Part shown: one piece after another, positions 1 through 8,161 of the stretch
Numbering within the stretch: position 1 is the stretch's first letter
How the letters are laid out: every line of letters begins with the position of its first letter
NCBI GenBank assembly: GCA_038254115.1
Contig: JBBSGK010000003.1
Location: 9,624-73,623, forward strand
Source: Candidatus Levyibacteriota bacterium
GTDB taxonomy: Bacteria > Patescibacteriota > Microgenomatia > Levybacterales > UBA12049
Length of the DNA stretch: 64,000 bases
Reading direction: 5' to 3'
Made by a program: the position numbers and the translations under genes
The notes under the pieces: generated by a model
What the model was told of the DNA's origin: nothing
The model's database searches: none
What the model saw: the letters and a program-made list of their open reading frames with translations, nothing else

Positions 1-53
1 TACTTGTTTCAAGGTCTGATAAGATTCTTCTAAAAGCAAAAGGGATTTTCCCT

Positions 54-407
54 TTGGACTTTTTCCCAAACACTCTCATAATTGATGCCAATAAGGTCGA
101 TGTCATCATAAAGACCTTTTTCGCCACTGAAACCGTAACAAGTATAATGATTAAAGAAATTATGGATGTGCGGGTCGAAGCAACACTTTTTATGGGCAAA
201 TTAATTATTGACTATGGCCCACATCCGCTAAAGATATGGACAGTTTATATTCCGGCTCTTAAAAGGAGGGATGCTCTAAAAGCAAAAGAAATTATCGACG
301 GTATGCTTATTCTTTATAGAGGAGAGAACATAGATACAACCCGCCTCAAACCCGAGGATACAATTGATGAGATAAAAGAGGTTGGCAAAATCGAGGAAAG
401 GGAATAG
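54..407 (+). CDS. hypothetical protein
   Basis: 117-aa ORF with start codon; no recognisable motifs. Confidence 0.3.
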   Translation: MDFFPNTLIIDANKVDVIIKTFFATETVTSIMIKEIMDVRVEATLFMGKLIIDYGPHPLKIWTVYIPALKRRDALKAKEIIDGMLILYRGENIDTTRLKPEDTIDEIKEVGKIEERE

Positions 408-416
408 ATTTAGGTT

Positions 417-2258
417 TTAAGCTGCTTTTCTTATACCATAACCTCCAGCGCCCAAACCACCTGCTGCGCTAGCTGCGCCTGCCACTCCAAGACCGACAGG
501 AAGTGCTACAAGAGCAAGTCCTCCGCTAAATATCGCTGAGAGCAGCATAGCAGCAAAGGTCTTATTTGGGTGATTCTTTATCCAATCCATCACTCCATCA
601 CCCTTTAAGGCTCCTATGTCCCGCAATTGATCTATACTATTCTGGACTGCTGAGTTCTTGGCAATTGCCGTATCTATCACTTCGGCTCCCCATGGACTCG
701 TTCCTATGATAAATGCTTCGCTCTCTGTAATCTTTCCCGTCTTGATCTTTCGGGTTACGAGCTGCTCAACAAGCATATCTTGAGCTTGTTTCTTAAATTC
801 AGGATCTTTCATCTTCTCTTCAATCTCAGCAGCAGTAAAGCCTGAATTCTTGGATGAGAGAATCTCCCTCACTGTTGCTTCGGGACCTTCTGTTACTAAT
901 TTCGCAAAATCTCTGTCAACTACATCACTTTTAATCCTAACTGACTGCCGGTCAGGTCTGAGAATTCCATGCTTCGTATATTTCTCGTCCCATCTCTTAC
1001 CGCTGAATTGATCCATTATTTGTTTTTCAAGCCCATCTTTGGCCTTTTCTAATTCTTTGGCCAATACGGCATCCTGCGCAGCTTCTGCATTCTTTATCCT
1101 GTCATCATATAATTTCACAGCCGCATCTTTATATACATCCTCAAGGCTTAATAAAAATTCCCGCTCCTGCATTGAATGGGCTTTCTTTGCTCTGGCAAAA
1201 GCAACTTCCGCTTGAGCGGTCTGCTCATGTAGTTCATCTAACTCACTAATTACACGGTCCTCCTGTGGGTCAAGTTCACTTTTCCGCTGGCGCAAATCAT
1301 CTTTTTCCTGTATTAGCTGTTCCTTTTCACTTTTTGCTTCATCGTACGTATCGACTATTGCCTGTTGCTCGTCTCTCTGTTCTTCCAGATTTGCAATTTC
1401 TGTGTCCAGCTCACCTATTAGTTCTCCATAATTTGCTGCTTTAACTGCTCCTTTATCTATATGTGCTCGTGTTGTTTCTTGCGATTTTATCCTTCGGTCT
1501 AAATCTCTTATTTTAGCTTCTGCATTTTTACTATCTTTCTCGAGTTTTGGTATTTCAGTTTTAGTTAATTTATCAATTCTCTTGCTCTTTTCGCCCGGTG
1601 GAACTTCCGTACTGTCAAAACTTTTCAACCCTTTCCTGACCCCATCTGCTTCGCCTTTAAGCCTGTCATGCTCTCTTTGCTTGGCAGCTTCTGCTCTCTG
1701 TGCCTCTTTAAAAGCACTCTCTGCTCCGGGGTCTATTTCAGCTACCTTTTTGCCTTTAATTTCAGTCAGTCGTTCCTGAAGCTTTACACGGAATTCAGGA
1801 TCATTTAAGACACTATCCGTTATTGTTTCGCTCCCCAATTCTCTTATAATATCTTCGGCCCCGGGATACATCCTGAAAATTTCCCCTATGTCTGCCCGGA
1901 CTTGTACCTCGTTATCGGTAGAGACTTTACCCGTTTCTATGTATGCAAAAAGGTTATCAACACTTGTTATGGCAGTCTTATGCTCTGTCCTTTGTTTTCC
2001 CTTTCTTACCTTTTCTCCGTTTTCAGGATCTATCTCAGTGCCAAGATTTTCATCTATCAAGGCTGTTATCTCTCCTTTTTTAGGGGTCAAGCTAATAGTG
2101 TCTTCCAAAGTCTTCCTAGCACCTTTTTCGGCCATCTCCACGCGCAAAGTATTTGCTCTTTGTTGATCAACATTAGTCGGGCCCGGGCGGACTTTTTCTA
2201 CTTTTTCAGAAGCAGCCACTCTTACTACTGCTTCACTTGATGGGGTTGGTTCTGCCAT
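417..2258 (-). CDS. long coiled-coil protein with C-terminal Gly/Ala-rich transmembrane anchor (tail-anchored), function unknown
   Basis: 613-aa ORF; heptad-like E/K/R/L-rich stretches throughout; C-terminus LSAIFSGGLALVALPVGLGVAGAASAAGGLGAGG is hydrophobic/Gly-rich; GC higher than flanks. Confidence 0.6.
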   Translation of the reverse strand: MAEPTPSSEAVVRVAASEKVEKVRPGPTNVDQQRANTLRVEMAEKGARKTLEDTISLTPKKGEITALIDENLGTEIDPENGEKVRKGKQRTEHKTAITSVDNLFAYIETGKVSTDNEVQVRADIGEIFRMYPGAEDIIRELGSETITDSVLNDPEFRVKLQERLTEIKGKKVAEIDPGAESAFKEAQRAEAAKQREHDRLKGEADGVRKGLKSFDSTEVPPGEKSKRIDKLTKTEIPKLEKDSKNAEAKIRDLDRRIKSQETTRAHIDKGAVKAANYGELIGELDTEIANLEEQRDEQQAIVDTYDEAKSEKEQLIQEKDDLRQRKSELDPQEDRVISELDELHEQTAQAEVAFARAKKAHSMQEREFLLSLEDVYKDAAVKLYDDRIKNAEAAQDAVLAKELEKAKDGLEKQIMDQFSGKRWDEKYTKHGILRPDRQSVRIKSDVVDRDFAKLVTEGPEATVREILSSKNSGFTAAEIEEKMKDPEFKKQAQDMLVEQLVTRKIKTGKITESEAFIIGTSPWGAEVIDTAIAKNSAVQNSIDQLRDIGALKGDGVMDWIKNHPNKTFAAMLLSAIFSGGLALVALPVGLGVAGAASAAGGLGAGGYGIRKAA

Positions 2259-2260
2259 AA

Positions 2261-2599
2261 TTATTCCTCTGTCGCTTTCTTTGCAAGACCTAGCGCCTCC
2301 TCAATTCTTCCGCTTGTTGCCAGATCGCCTATCTTTTCAGCAGTCTGGAGTTCGTCATGCCTTTCGGCTACAGCTTTTTCAGAGGATTCAATGTGTTTGA
2401 AGACCGACCATTTGGTTGCGAGCTCTCCGACAAATAAAACAAGCTCGTCATGTGTCTGTATATTGTCAATTCGTGCTAGGACAAATTTACCGATTTCCGG
2501 AAGATCGGCCTCTGAAAGATTGCTGTTTTCAAGAGCTTGAATAATCGATTCAACAATACTTTTTATTACTTCTTCTTTATGATCAGCAGTAACACCCAT
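2261..2599 (-). CDS. hypothetical protein, probably co-transcribed with the coiled-coil protein
   Basis: 112-aa ORF ending 2 nt before the start of the 613-aa gene; TTGACA -35-like box upstream (2629-2634). Confidence 0.45.
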   Translation of the reverse strand: MGVTADHKEEVIKSIVESIIQALENSNLSEADLPEIGKFVLARIDNIQTHDELVLFVGELATKWSVFKHIESSEKAVAERHDELQTAEKIGDLATSGRIEEALGLAKKATEE

Positions 2600-2675
2600 T
2601 AATTATTTATCGCAGAATTAGGAGGCCTTGTCAATGATTGTGTGTAAAAATGAGGCTCAAAAAAAGATTTGCACT

Positions 2676-3149
2676 TTATCTCTTCGGTGACTGAAGTTTT
2701 CTTCTGGATTTTCCGCCCATACCTACTTTACGTCTTTGTCTTATGCGGGCATCCCGTGTCAAAAATCCTTTTTTCTTAAGAACGGCCCGGTGCTTGTCAC
2801 GGTCCAATTTATTCAAAACATTTGAAATTGCTGCAATAACTGCATCCAATTGTCCGCTTTTCCCGCCCCCCGTAACTCTTATGGTCACAGCGTAGTTTTG
2901 CTGATGAGTATTGGTGATGCGCATTGGCTCTGTGTAGAGTTTTCTCTGCACCTCACTTGGGAAATATTCAGCGATCGGATGCTCATTTACAAAAATCTCA
3001 CCCTTTTTTACCGGCTCTTTCCCAAATACCAAATCAGCTTTAACATGCTCGTAAAGTCTTGCACGCGCAACAGCAGACTTGCGCCTTCCGACAGCTGACA
3101 CATACTCTTTCTTAGTATTTTTTTTTGGTTTTTGTACTTCGTCTGCCAT
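2676..3149 (-). CDS. rpsI: 30S ribosomal protein S9
   Basis: GRRKSAVARARL...TGGGKSGQ...GFLTRDARIRQRRKVGMGGKSRRKLQSPKR C-terminal S9 signature. Confidence 0.95.
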   Translation of the reverse strand: MADEVQKPKKNTKKEYVSAVGRRKSAVARARLYEHVKADLVFGKEPVKKGEIFVNEHPIAEYFPSEVQRKLYTEPMRITNTHQQNYAVTIRVTGGGKSGQLDAVIAAISNVLNKLDRDKHRAVLKKKGFLTRDARIRQRRKVGMGGKSRRKLQSPKR

Positions 3150-3150
3150 A

Positions 3151-3240
3151 TTTTTATAGTTAAAATTTCAAAATTAAAAGTTAAAAGTCATAATGTAAGG
3201 TTAAAAAACTTTTCACTTTGCACTTTAGACTTTGAACTTA
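3151..3240. repeat. heptanucleotide tandem repeat arrays in inverted orientation (AAAAGTY units on the left, CTTTGMA x4 at 3207-3236 on the right) in the rplM-rpsI spacer; the right array overlaps the last codons of rplM
   Basis: 7-nt periodicity read directly from the sequence. Confidence 0.7.
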
Positions 3241-3653
3241 TCCTGATATTTATGTTCTTCTCCTGCAAAAACAAAAAGTCTCTTAAGCATCTTATCACGC
3301 AGCTTGTTTTGTGGAAGCATGCCTTTTACAGCGCGACTTACTATCTCCTCAGGTTTGCGTTCCCGTAACTCTTTAAGCGTTTCCTGCCTAAATCCTCCCG
3401 GATATCCTGAATGTCTGTAATAGTTTTTTTGTTCTTCTTTATTACCGGTTACTTTAATTTCCTTCGCATTAACGACCACCACATAATTTCCGCAGTCAAG
3501 ATTCCGGACAAAATAAGGCTCGCCTTTACCCATCAAAAGATGCGCTATCTCGGATGCGACTCGTCCCAATATCTTACCTTTCACATCAACAACGTGCCAG
3601 GACCGCTTGATGTCTGACGCTTTTGTTGCAACTGTAATACTTGCTTGATTCAT
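3225..3653 (-). CDS. rplM: 50S ribosomal protein L13
   Basis: SWHVVDVKGKILGRVAS...YYRHSGYPGG...MLPQNKL typical L13. Confidence 0.95.
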   Translation of the reverse strand: MNQASITVATKASDIKRSWHVVDVKGKILGRVASEIAHLLMGKGEPYFVRNLDCGNYVVVVNAKEIKVTGNKEEQKNYYRHSGYPGGFRQETLKELRERKPEEIVSRAVKGMLPQNKLRDKMLKRLFVFAGEEHKYQDKFKV

Positions 3654-3656
3654 AAT

Positions 3657-4199
3657 TTATTGCCCTTTTTTCTGTCGTGTAACTAATCTCTTGAAAATTC
3701 CCGGCTTTTGGACTTTTTCTTCCTTCTTACCGATAACCGGCTTAACTGCTTCAACCGTAGTGACTTTTACATTTTTTTTAGCTTTTACGGGTTTCTTTGT
3801 TTTTTTCTCGCTCTTTTCAGGCTTTGTGCTTATAACTTTTGTACTTTGTTCTGTCCACTCCAAATATACCATTTCCGCATTATCCGCAACACGCCTTTTG
3901 CCTATTTTTATAATTCGTGTGTATCCTCCGGCTCTTTTTGTAAAACGTGGCGCTATATCGTCAATTAATTTTACTACAGCTTCCTCATTTATGTCAGGGT
4001 GTAGACTTTTATATACATTGGCGCCTCCCTTTTTTGCTTTTGTTACCATTTTATCAGCAGCGCCCCGGATAGCCTTGGCTTTTGCCTCAGTTGTTTTTAT
4101 GCGCTCTTCCAAAACAAGAGACGTAAGCAAATTTTTAAATAATGCTTTACGCTCATTTGCATCTCTTTTAAATTTTCTTCCAAATACATTTTTTTTCAT
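3657..4199 (-). CDS. rplQ: 50S ribosomal protein L17 with C-terminal lysine-rich extension
   Basis: FGRKFKRDANERKALFKNLLTSLV...GGYTRIIKIG core L17; about 60 extra K/E/V-rich residues. Confidence 0.9.
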   Translation of the reverse strand: MKKNVFGRKFKRDANERKALFKNLLTSLVLEERIKTTEAKAKAIRGAADKMVTKAKKGGANVYKSLHPDINEEAVVKLIDDIAPRFTKRAGGYTRIIKIGKRRVADNAEMVYLEWTEQSTKVISTKPEKSEKKTKKPVKAKKNVKVTTVEAVKPVIGKKEEKVQKPGIFKRLVTRQKKGQ

Positions 4200-4200
4200 A

Positions 4201-4313
4201 AAAAAAAGTCAAAATACTAAAGGCAAAATTCAAAAATACAAGTAAAAATTCAAAACTTTATAGACTTTTTACTTTTGAATTGTGATTTTGACTTTTGAAT
4301 TCTAACTCTTAAC
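4201..4313. repeat. about 110-bp imperfect palindrome built from heptamer units (AAAAGTC/AAAATTC ... then their complements TTTGAAT/TTGACTT) in the rpoA-rplQ spacer
   Basis: left half is the reverse complement of the right half, centred near 4257. Confidence 0.7.
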
Positions 4314-5240
4314 TTAGGCAGACAATGTTACACCTTTTTCTTTAAGTTTTTCCTCAATAACAAAAATGGATTTGCCTCCCATGTTGCGCATACTTACCAA
4401 TTCTTTTCGCGGTACAGCCAAAAGCTGCTCAATTGTCTCGACGCCACCGTTTCTTAGGCTGTTGTAAATTCTTGTAGGAAGATCCAATTCATCAATTGTT
4501 GTTTTGAGGGTGCTTTGAGAAATTGTAGAGGCGGAAGGTAACCCTTCGGCAGCGACAGGCTGAGCCTTTGGTTCGTAAATCTGCGTGAAATGAGATGCCA
4601 AAATCTTTGAAGCTGTGTTCAGCGCATCTACAGGGCTTACTGATCCATTGGTCCAGATCTTAAGAATAAGCTTATCAAGATCAGTACGCCGCCCTACACG
4701 TGTTGCTGCAACTGTGTATGTGACCCGCCTGACCGGTGTGAATACCGCATCAACTGAAATATTACCAAGAGAGGCTGCTTTTCTGTCTTCTGAGAGTGAG
4801 TAGCCAAACCCTTTCTCAATAGTGAGTTCCATTTCCAATTTTGACTTATCTCCTGATAGAGAACCAATGTATTGGTCTTTGTTGACAACCTCAATTCCCT
4901 CTGTCAATTCCAAATCTTTTGCGGTTATTTTTTTGCTTCCTTTAACCGAAAGCTTGATTGTCTCGCTTGTTTTGCTTCCAACAATCCGGAAATTTAGCTC
5001 TTTAATATTAAGAAGAAGATCAATGATATTTTCTTTGAGGCCGGGGAGTGTTGAGAATTTGTGCTTTACATTACTGATCCTAACTGATGTAACAGCAGCT
5101 CCAGGAATGGTTGTGTAGAGAACACGGCGCAAGCTATTACCCATCGTGTGACCGTATCCCGGCTCCAATGGTTCAATAGAAAATTCTCCAAAATCGGCGG
5201 TTGAGCTTATTTCTTTTACTTTAAAAATGTATTCGTCCAT
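4314..5240 (-). CDS. rpoA: DNA-directed RNA polymerase alpha subunit
   Basis: GYGHTMGNSLRRVLYTTIPGAAVTSVRI N-terminal domain and C-terminal alpha-CTD (LDLPTRIYNSLRNGGVETIEQLL). Confidence 0.95.
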   Translation of the reverse strand: MDEYIFKVKEISSTADFGEFSIEPLEPGYGHTMGNSLRRVLYTTIPGAAVTSVRISNVKHKFSTLPGLKENIIDLLLNIKELNFRIVGSKTSETIKLSVKGSKKITAKDLELTEGIEVVNKDQYIGSLSGDKSKLEMELTIEKGFGYSLSEDRKAASLGNISVDAVFTPVRRVTYTVAATRVGRRTDLDKLILKIWTNGSVSPVDALNTASKILASHFTQIYEPKAQPVAAEGLPSASTISQSTLKTTIDELDLPTRIYNSLRNGGVETIEQLLAVPRKELVSMRNMGGKSIFVIEEKLKEKGVTLSA

Positions 5241-5261
5241 AGTAATCTACCTATTGTATCA

Positions 5262-5867
5262 TTATCTCGAGTAATATTCAATGATTTGTCTTGTACTAAA
5301 AGGCGGCATAATGTCATCTGGCGTAGGCATGCGCTTTAATTTGCCTACAGGTCCTTTTTTCTCAAGGAATGCAATTGGCTCAAGCTTTTCCTCCAACAAT
5401 TTTATAATATCAGGATTTTTTTGCATTGTGTCACTAATTGAAACAACATCCCCTTCTTTGACTGTATATGATGGAATCGTCATTCTCTTGTTGTTAACCA
5501 ACACATGTCCGTGTACTACGATTTGGCGGGCCATCATCCTGGACTTTGAAAGACCCAGTCTATAAACAATATTATCAAGCCGTCTCTCAAGAGTTGAAAG
5601 AAGCAGCTCTTCCGTATCACCAATTTGTGCTGTAACAGCTTGCACCAGCTGCTTAAACTGCTTTTCGAACAATCCGTACATTACTTTTGCTTTCTGTTTC
5701 TCGCGAAGCTGCATTCCATATTCAGATGGTCTACGTCTACCCTTTTTTCCGGCGTGCACACCTGGTGGTATATTAAGCCTTCGCATTAAAGACGCTGAAT
5801 TTTTGTCCAGAATATTTATTCCTTCGCGTCTTGCTAATTTATGTTTTGGTCCTGTATATCTAGCCAT
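5262..5867 (-). CDS. rpsD: 30S ribosomal protein S4
   Basis: MARYTGPKHKLARREGINI..., S4 RNA-binding domain (RLDNIVYRLGLSKSRMMARQIVVHGHVLVNNK). Confidence 0.95.
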   Translation of the reverse strand: MARYTGPKHKLARREGINILDKNSASLMRRLNIPPGVHAGKKGRRRPSEYGMQLREKQKAKVMYGLFEKQFKQLVQAVTAQIGDTEELLLSTLERRLDNIVYRLGLSKSRMMARQIVVHGHVLVNNKRMTIPSYTVKEGDVVSISDTMQKNPDIIKLLEEKLEPIAFLEKKGPVGKLKRMPTPDDIMPPFSTRQIIEYYSR

Positions 5868-5913
5868 AATATTATGTGATTTAAGATTTATGATTCAAGA
5901 TTAAAGAATTCTT

Positions 5914-5964
5914 ATTGCCGACAGGCAATTCTTAAATCTTACTTCTTAAATCATTAATCTTCTA
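5914..5964. repeat. hairpin ATTGCC-GACA-GGCAAT followed by five tandem TCTTAAA-type heptamers in the rpsK-rpsD spacer, running into the rpsK stop
   Basis: TCTTAAA TCTTACT TCTTAAA TCATTAA TCTTCTA at 5930-5964. Confidence 0.65.
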
Positions 5965-6399
5965 TACCCTTCTCTTCTTTTTAGCCCTTGGCCCATTGTG
6001 CGGCATAGGCGTTATATCTGATATTGAATTGATAAATACTCCTGAAGTTCGGATGCCACGGAGTGAGCTGTCGCGTCCGTTTCCAGGGCCCTTGATAAAT
6101 ATATCGACTGATTTTAAGCCTTTTTCAACAATCCGCTTCACAACCTCCTCAGCTGCAAGACTCGCAGCATATGGAGTAGACTTACGTGTACCTTTAAAAC
6201 CGCGAGCTCCTGCTGAGCTCCATCCGAGCGTGTCGCCTTTATCATTTGTAACTGTTACAAGAGTATTGTTAAATGTAGAAGTTACATAAACACGGCCGCG
6301 CTCTGTGATGTTGCTTATTTTTTTGCGTGCTGCACCTATCTTAACTTTGGTCTTTTTCTCTTTCTCTTTGACTATTTTTTTATCTGCTTTTTTTGCCAT
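5962..6399 (-). CDS. rpsK: 30S ribosomal protein S11
   Basis: TFNNTLVTVTNDKGDTLGWSSAGARGFKGTRKSTPYAA...KGPGNGRDSSLRGI. Confidence 0.95.
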   Translation of the reverse strand: MAKKADKKIVKEKEKKTKVKIGAARKKISNITERGRVYVTSTFNNTLVTVTNDKGDTLGWSSAGARGFKGTRKSTPYAASLAAEEVVKRIVEKGLKSVDIFIKGPGNGRDSSLRGIRTSGVFINSISDITPMPHNGPRAKKKRRV

Positions 6400-6411
6400 A
6401 TGTTCCTTTCA

Positions 6412-6510
6412 GTCAAGTTTAAAATTCAAAGTTTAAAATGCAAAGTTATTTATTAAAATTTTTTAACTTTCAACAGCAACTTTTAACTTTTCACTTTGAA
6501 CTTTTAACTT
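6412..6510. repeat. inverted heptamer arrays (CAAAGTT-type left, AACTTTT/CACTTTG-type right) in the rpsM-rpsK spacer
   Basis: CAAGTTT AAAATTC AAAGTTT AAAATGC AAAGTTA ... CAACTTT TAACTTT TCACTTT GAACTTT TAACTT. Confidence 0.7.
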
Positions 6511-6916
6511 ATTTCCCCTTAGCCTTTGCCGCTACCTCCATCTTTGCTGCAACTTCTTTCTTTATTGCTCCGATTGTTACTCTCTTTCCTCTTTTGGTTC
6601 TGGCATTTGAGCGTGTTCGCTGTCCGCGTGAGGGTAACCCACGTGTGTGACGGATACCGCGGTAACTTCCTGATTCCTTAAGCCTTCTAATGTCTGCTGC
6701 GACATCCGCTCTCAAATCTCCCTCTATTTTATATTTCTCAAGAATTTTTGTAATTCTTTTTATTTCTTCTTCTGTTAAGTCTTTTGCTTTTTTGGAAGGT
6801 TCTATTTTTGAATCCTTCAAGACAGGCAAAACATTGCTTCTGCCTATGCCATAAATATATGTTAAAGCGATATCGACTCTTTTATTGTCTGGTATTGTAA
6901 CACTTGAAATTCTCAT
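6509..6916 (-). CDS. rpsM: 30S ribosomal protein S13
   Basis: MRISSVTIPDNKRVDIALTYIYGIGRS... typical S13. Confidence 0.95.
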   Translation of the reverse strand: MRISSVTIPDNKRVDIALTYIYGIGRSNVLPVLKDSKIEPSKKAKDLTEEEIKRITKILEKYKIEGDLRADVAADIRRLKESGSYRGIRHTRGLPSRGQRTRSNARTKRGKRVTIGAIKKEVAAKMEVAAKAKGK

Positions 6917-6919
6917 AAA

Positions 6920-7033
6920 TTATCCTTGTCTTTGCTTGTGTCTTGGATTCTCACAAGTAACCCTCACGACACCTGAGCGTTTAATTATTTTACATTTTAT
7001 ACATCTTTTTTTTACACTTGCTTGTACTTTCAT
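6920..7033 (-). CDS. rpmJ: 50S ribosomal protein L36
   Basis: Not in ORF track (below its size cutoff); hand-translated minus strand gives [37 protein letters not shown] with the C-x2-C...C-x4-H zinc ribbon of L36, expected position between infA and rpsM. Confidence 0.85.
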   Translation of the reverse strand: MKVQASVKKRCIKCKIIKRSGVVRVTCENPRHKQRQG

Positions 7034-7105
7034 ATTATTTAGCACTTAGCCTCTAGCGTTTAGGGTCTAGTACTTTCTAGACGCTAGCCGCTAAACCCTA
7101 GACGC
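7034..7105. repeat. CTAG-rich heptamer array (TAGCACT TAGCCTC TAGCGTT TAGGGTC TAGTACT ...) with internal dyad symmetry in the rpmJ-infA spacer; same family as 29075-29138
   Basis: shares CTAGCGTTTAG, GCTAGCCGCTA, CCCTAGAC with the second copy. Confidence 0.65.
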
Positions 7106-7324
7106 TTATCTATAGCGAAACATTATCCTGCCACGTGTTTGGTCATATGGCGTCATTTCAATTTTTACCCTGTCTCCCGGCAGAATTTTTATAAAATGCA
7201 TCCGCATTTTTCCTGATAAGTGACAAAGTACCAGAGATCCGTCTTCTAGCTTAACGCGAAACAATGTATTTGGCAGTGCTTCGACAACTTCCCCATCTGT
7301 TTCAAAAGACCCTTGATGAGCCAT
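7106..7324 (-). CDS. infA: translation initiation factor IF-1
   Basis: 72 aa, S1-like OB fold sequence [51 protein letters not shown]. Confidence 0.95.
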   Translation of the reverse strand: MAHQGSFETDGEVVEALPNTLFRVKLEDGSLVLCHLSGKMRMHFIKILPGDRVKIEMTPYDQTRGRIMFRYR

Positions 7325-7396
7325 AATTCAATACAAGTCCTAGGTAAACCCTAAGGACCGTTCAGACATTATAGCAAAGCAGGCTCAAAAGCGCAA

Positions 7397-8161
7397 TCAA
7401 CTTGTTAATAAAAGCGGTCCGTTTTTTGTAATTGCAATTGAGCGCTCAAATAGACCTGCCATACTTCCATCTTTTGACCGAATTGTCCAGCCGTCATGAT
7501 CCAAAACCACATCTTTTAATCCCATATTGTAAATCACCTCCACCGCAATAGTCATACCTTCTTCCAGAAGCGGAGTTTTTTCTATTTTTCTATTTAAATA
7601 TCCTGGTACTTCCGGCTCTTCATGAAGCTCCCGTCCGACTCCGTGCCCGATCAAACTTCTTACGACTGAGTAGCCATTCTGTTTTTCGACAATGTCCTGA
7701 ATTGTTTTTGAAATATGCCCAACCCTGTTACCAATTACTGCCTGTTTTATTCCTTCCTCAAGCGCAAGTTTCCCAATCTCTAAAAACTTTTCTTCAGAGC
7801 TTTGAGCTTTGAGCTTTGAACTTTGAACTATTTTAGTTTCGGCCATATCGGTATGAAACCCTTTATAAAAAACGCCGCAGTCGACCCCTACAACATCTCC
7901 TTCTTTAAGTTTATAACTTCTCGGAATTCCGTGCACCACTGCATCGTTTGTGGACATGCAAATTGTGTGATGGTATCCTTTTACTCTTTTAAATCCTGAT
8001 TCCCCGCCTTTTTCTCTTATCAATTTCTCAGCCAAAATGTCTAGTTCTATTTCTGTAACGCCGGGCTTTATTGAGTCCATTACAGCAAATAAAACTTCAG
8101 ACAAAATATGTCCTCCGTGCTTCATTATTTCGATTTCCTGTTGCGACTTAATATCAATCAT
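7397..8161 (-). CDS. map: methionine aminopeptidase type I, carrying an in-frame heptamer-repeat insertion
   Basis: MetAP fold motifs (HGIP, GHGVG, metal ligands D/D/H/E/E); 4x TTTGARC tandem repeat at 7801-7828 encodes loop SSKLKAQSS. Confidence 0.9.
   Translation of the reverse strand: MIDIKSQQEIEIMKHGGHILSEVLFAVMDSIKPGVTEIELDILAEKLIREKGGESGFKRVKGYHHTICMSTNDAVVHGIPRSYKLKEGDVVGVDCGVFYKGFHTDMAETKIVQSSKLKAQSSEEKFLEIGKLALEEGIKQAVIGNRVGHISKTIQDIVEKQNGYSVVRSLIGHGVGRELHEEPEVPGYLNRKIEKTPLLEEGMTIAVEVIYNMGLKDVVLDHDGWTIRSKDGSMAGLFERSIAITKNGPLLLTS

Noticed and set aside
1582-2240. Plus-strand ORFs 1582-1779, 1888-2166, 1902-2240
   Set aside because: Lie entirely antisense within the 613-aa coiled-coil gene, low-complexity translations, no start context; treated as spurious.
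2617-2690. Plus-strand AGGAGG Shine-Dalgarno 8 nt upstream of an 18-codon ORF (MIVCKNEAQKKICTLSLR) between rpsI and the hypothetical gene
   Set aside because: Antisense to the local transcription direction and overlaps the rpsI 3' end; probably chance, though the SD spacing is perfect. Not annotated.
3691-4245. 184-aa plus-strand ORF
   Set aside because: Antisense to rplQ (strongly supported); hydrophobic low-complexity translation typical of an antisense frame of a K-rich gene.
7325-7396. Inverted repeat GGACCG...CGGTCC flanking 58 nt in the map-infA spacer
   Set aside because: Only 6 bp arms; could be chance; no heptamer periodicity evident here.
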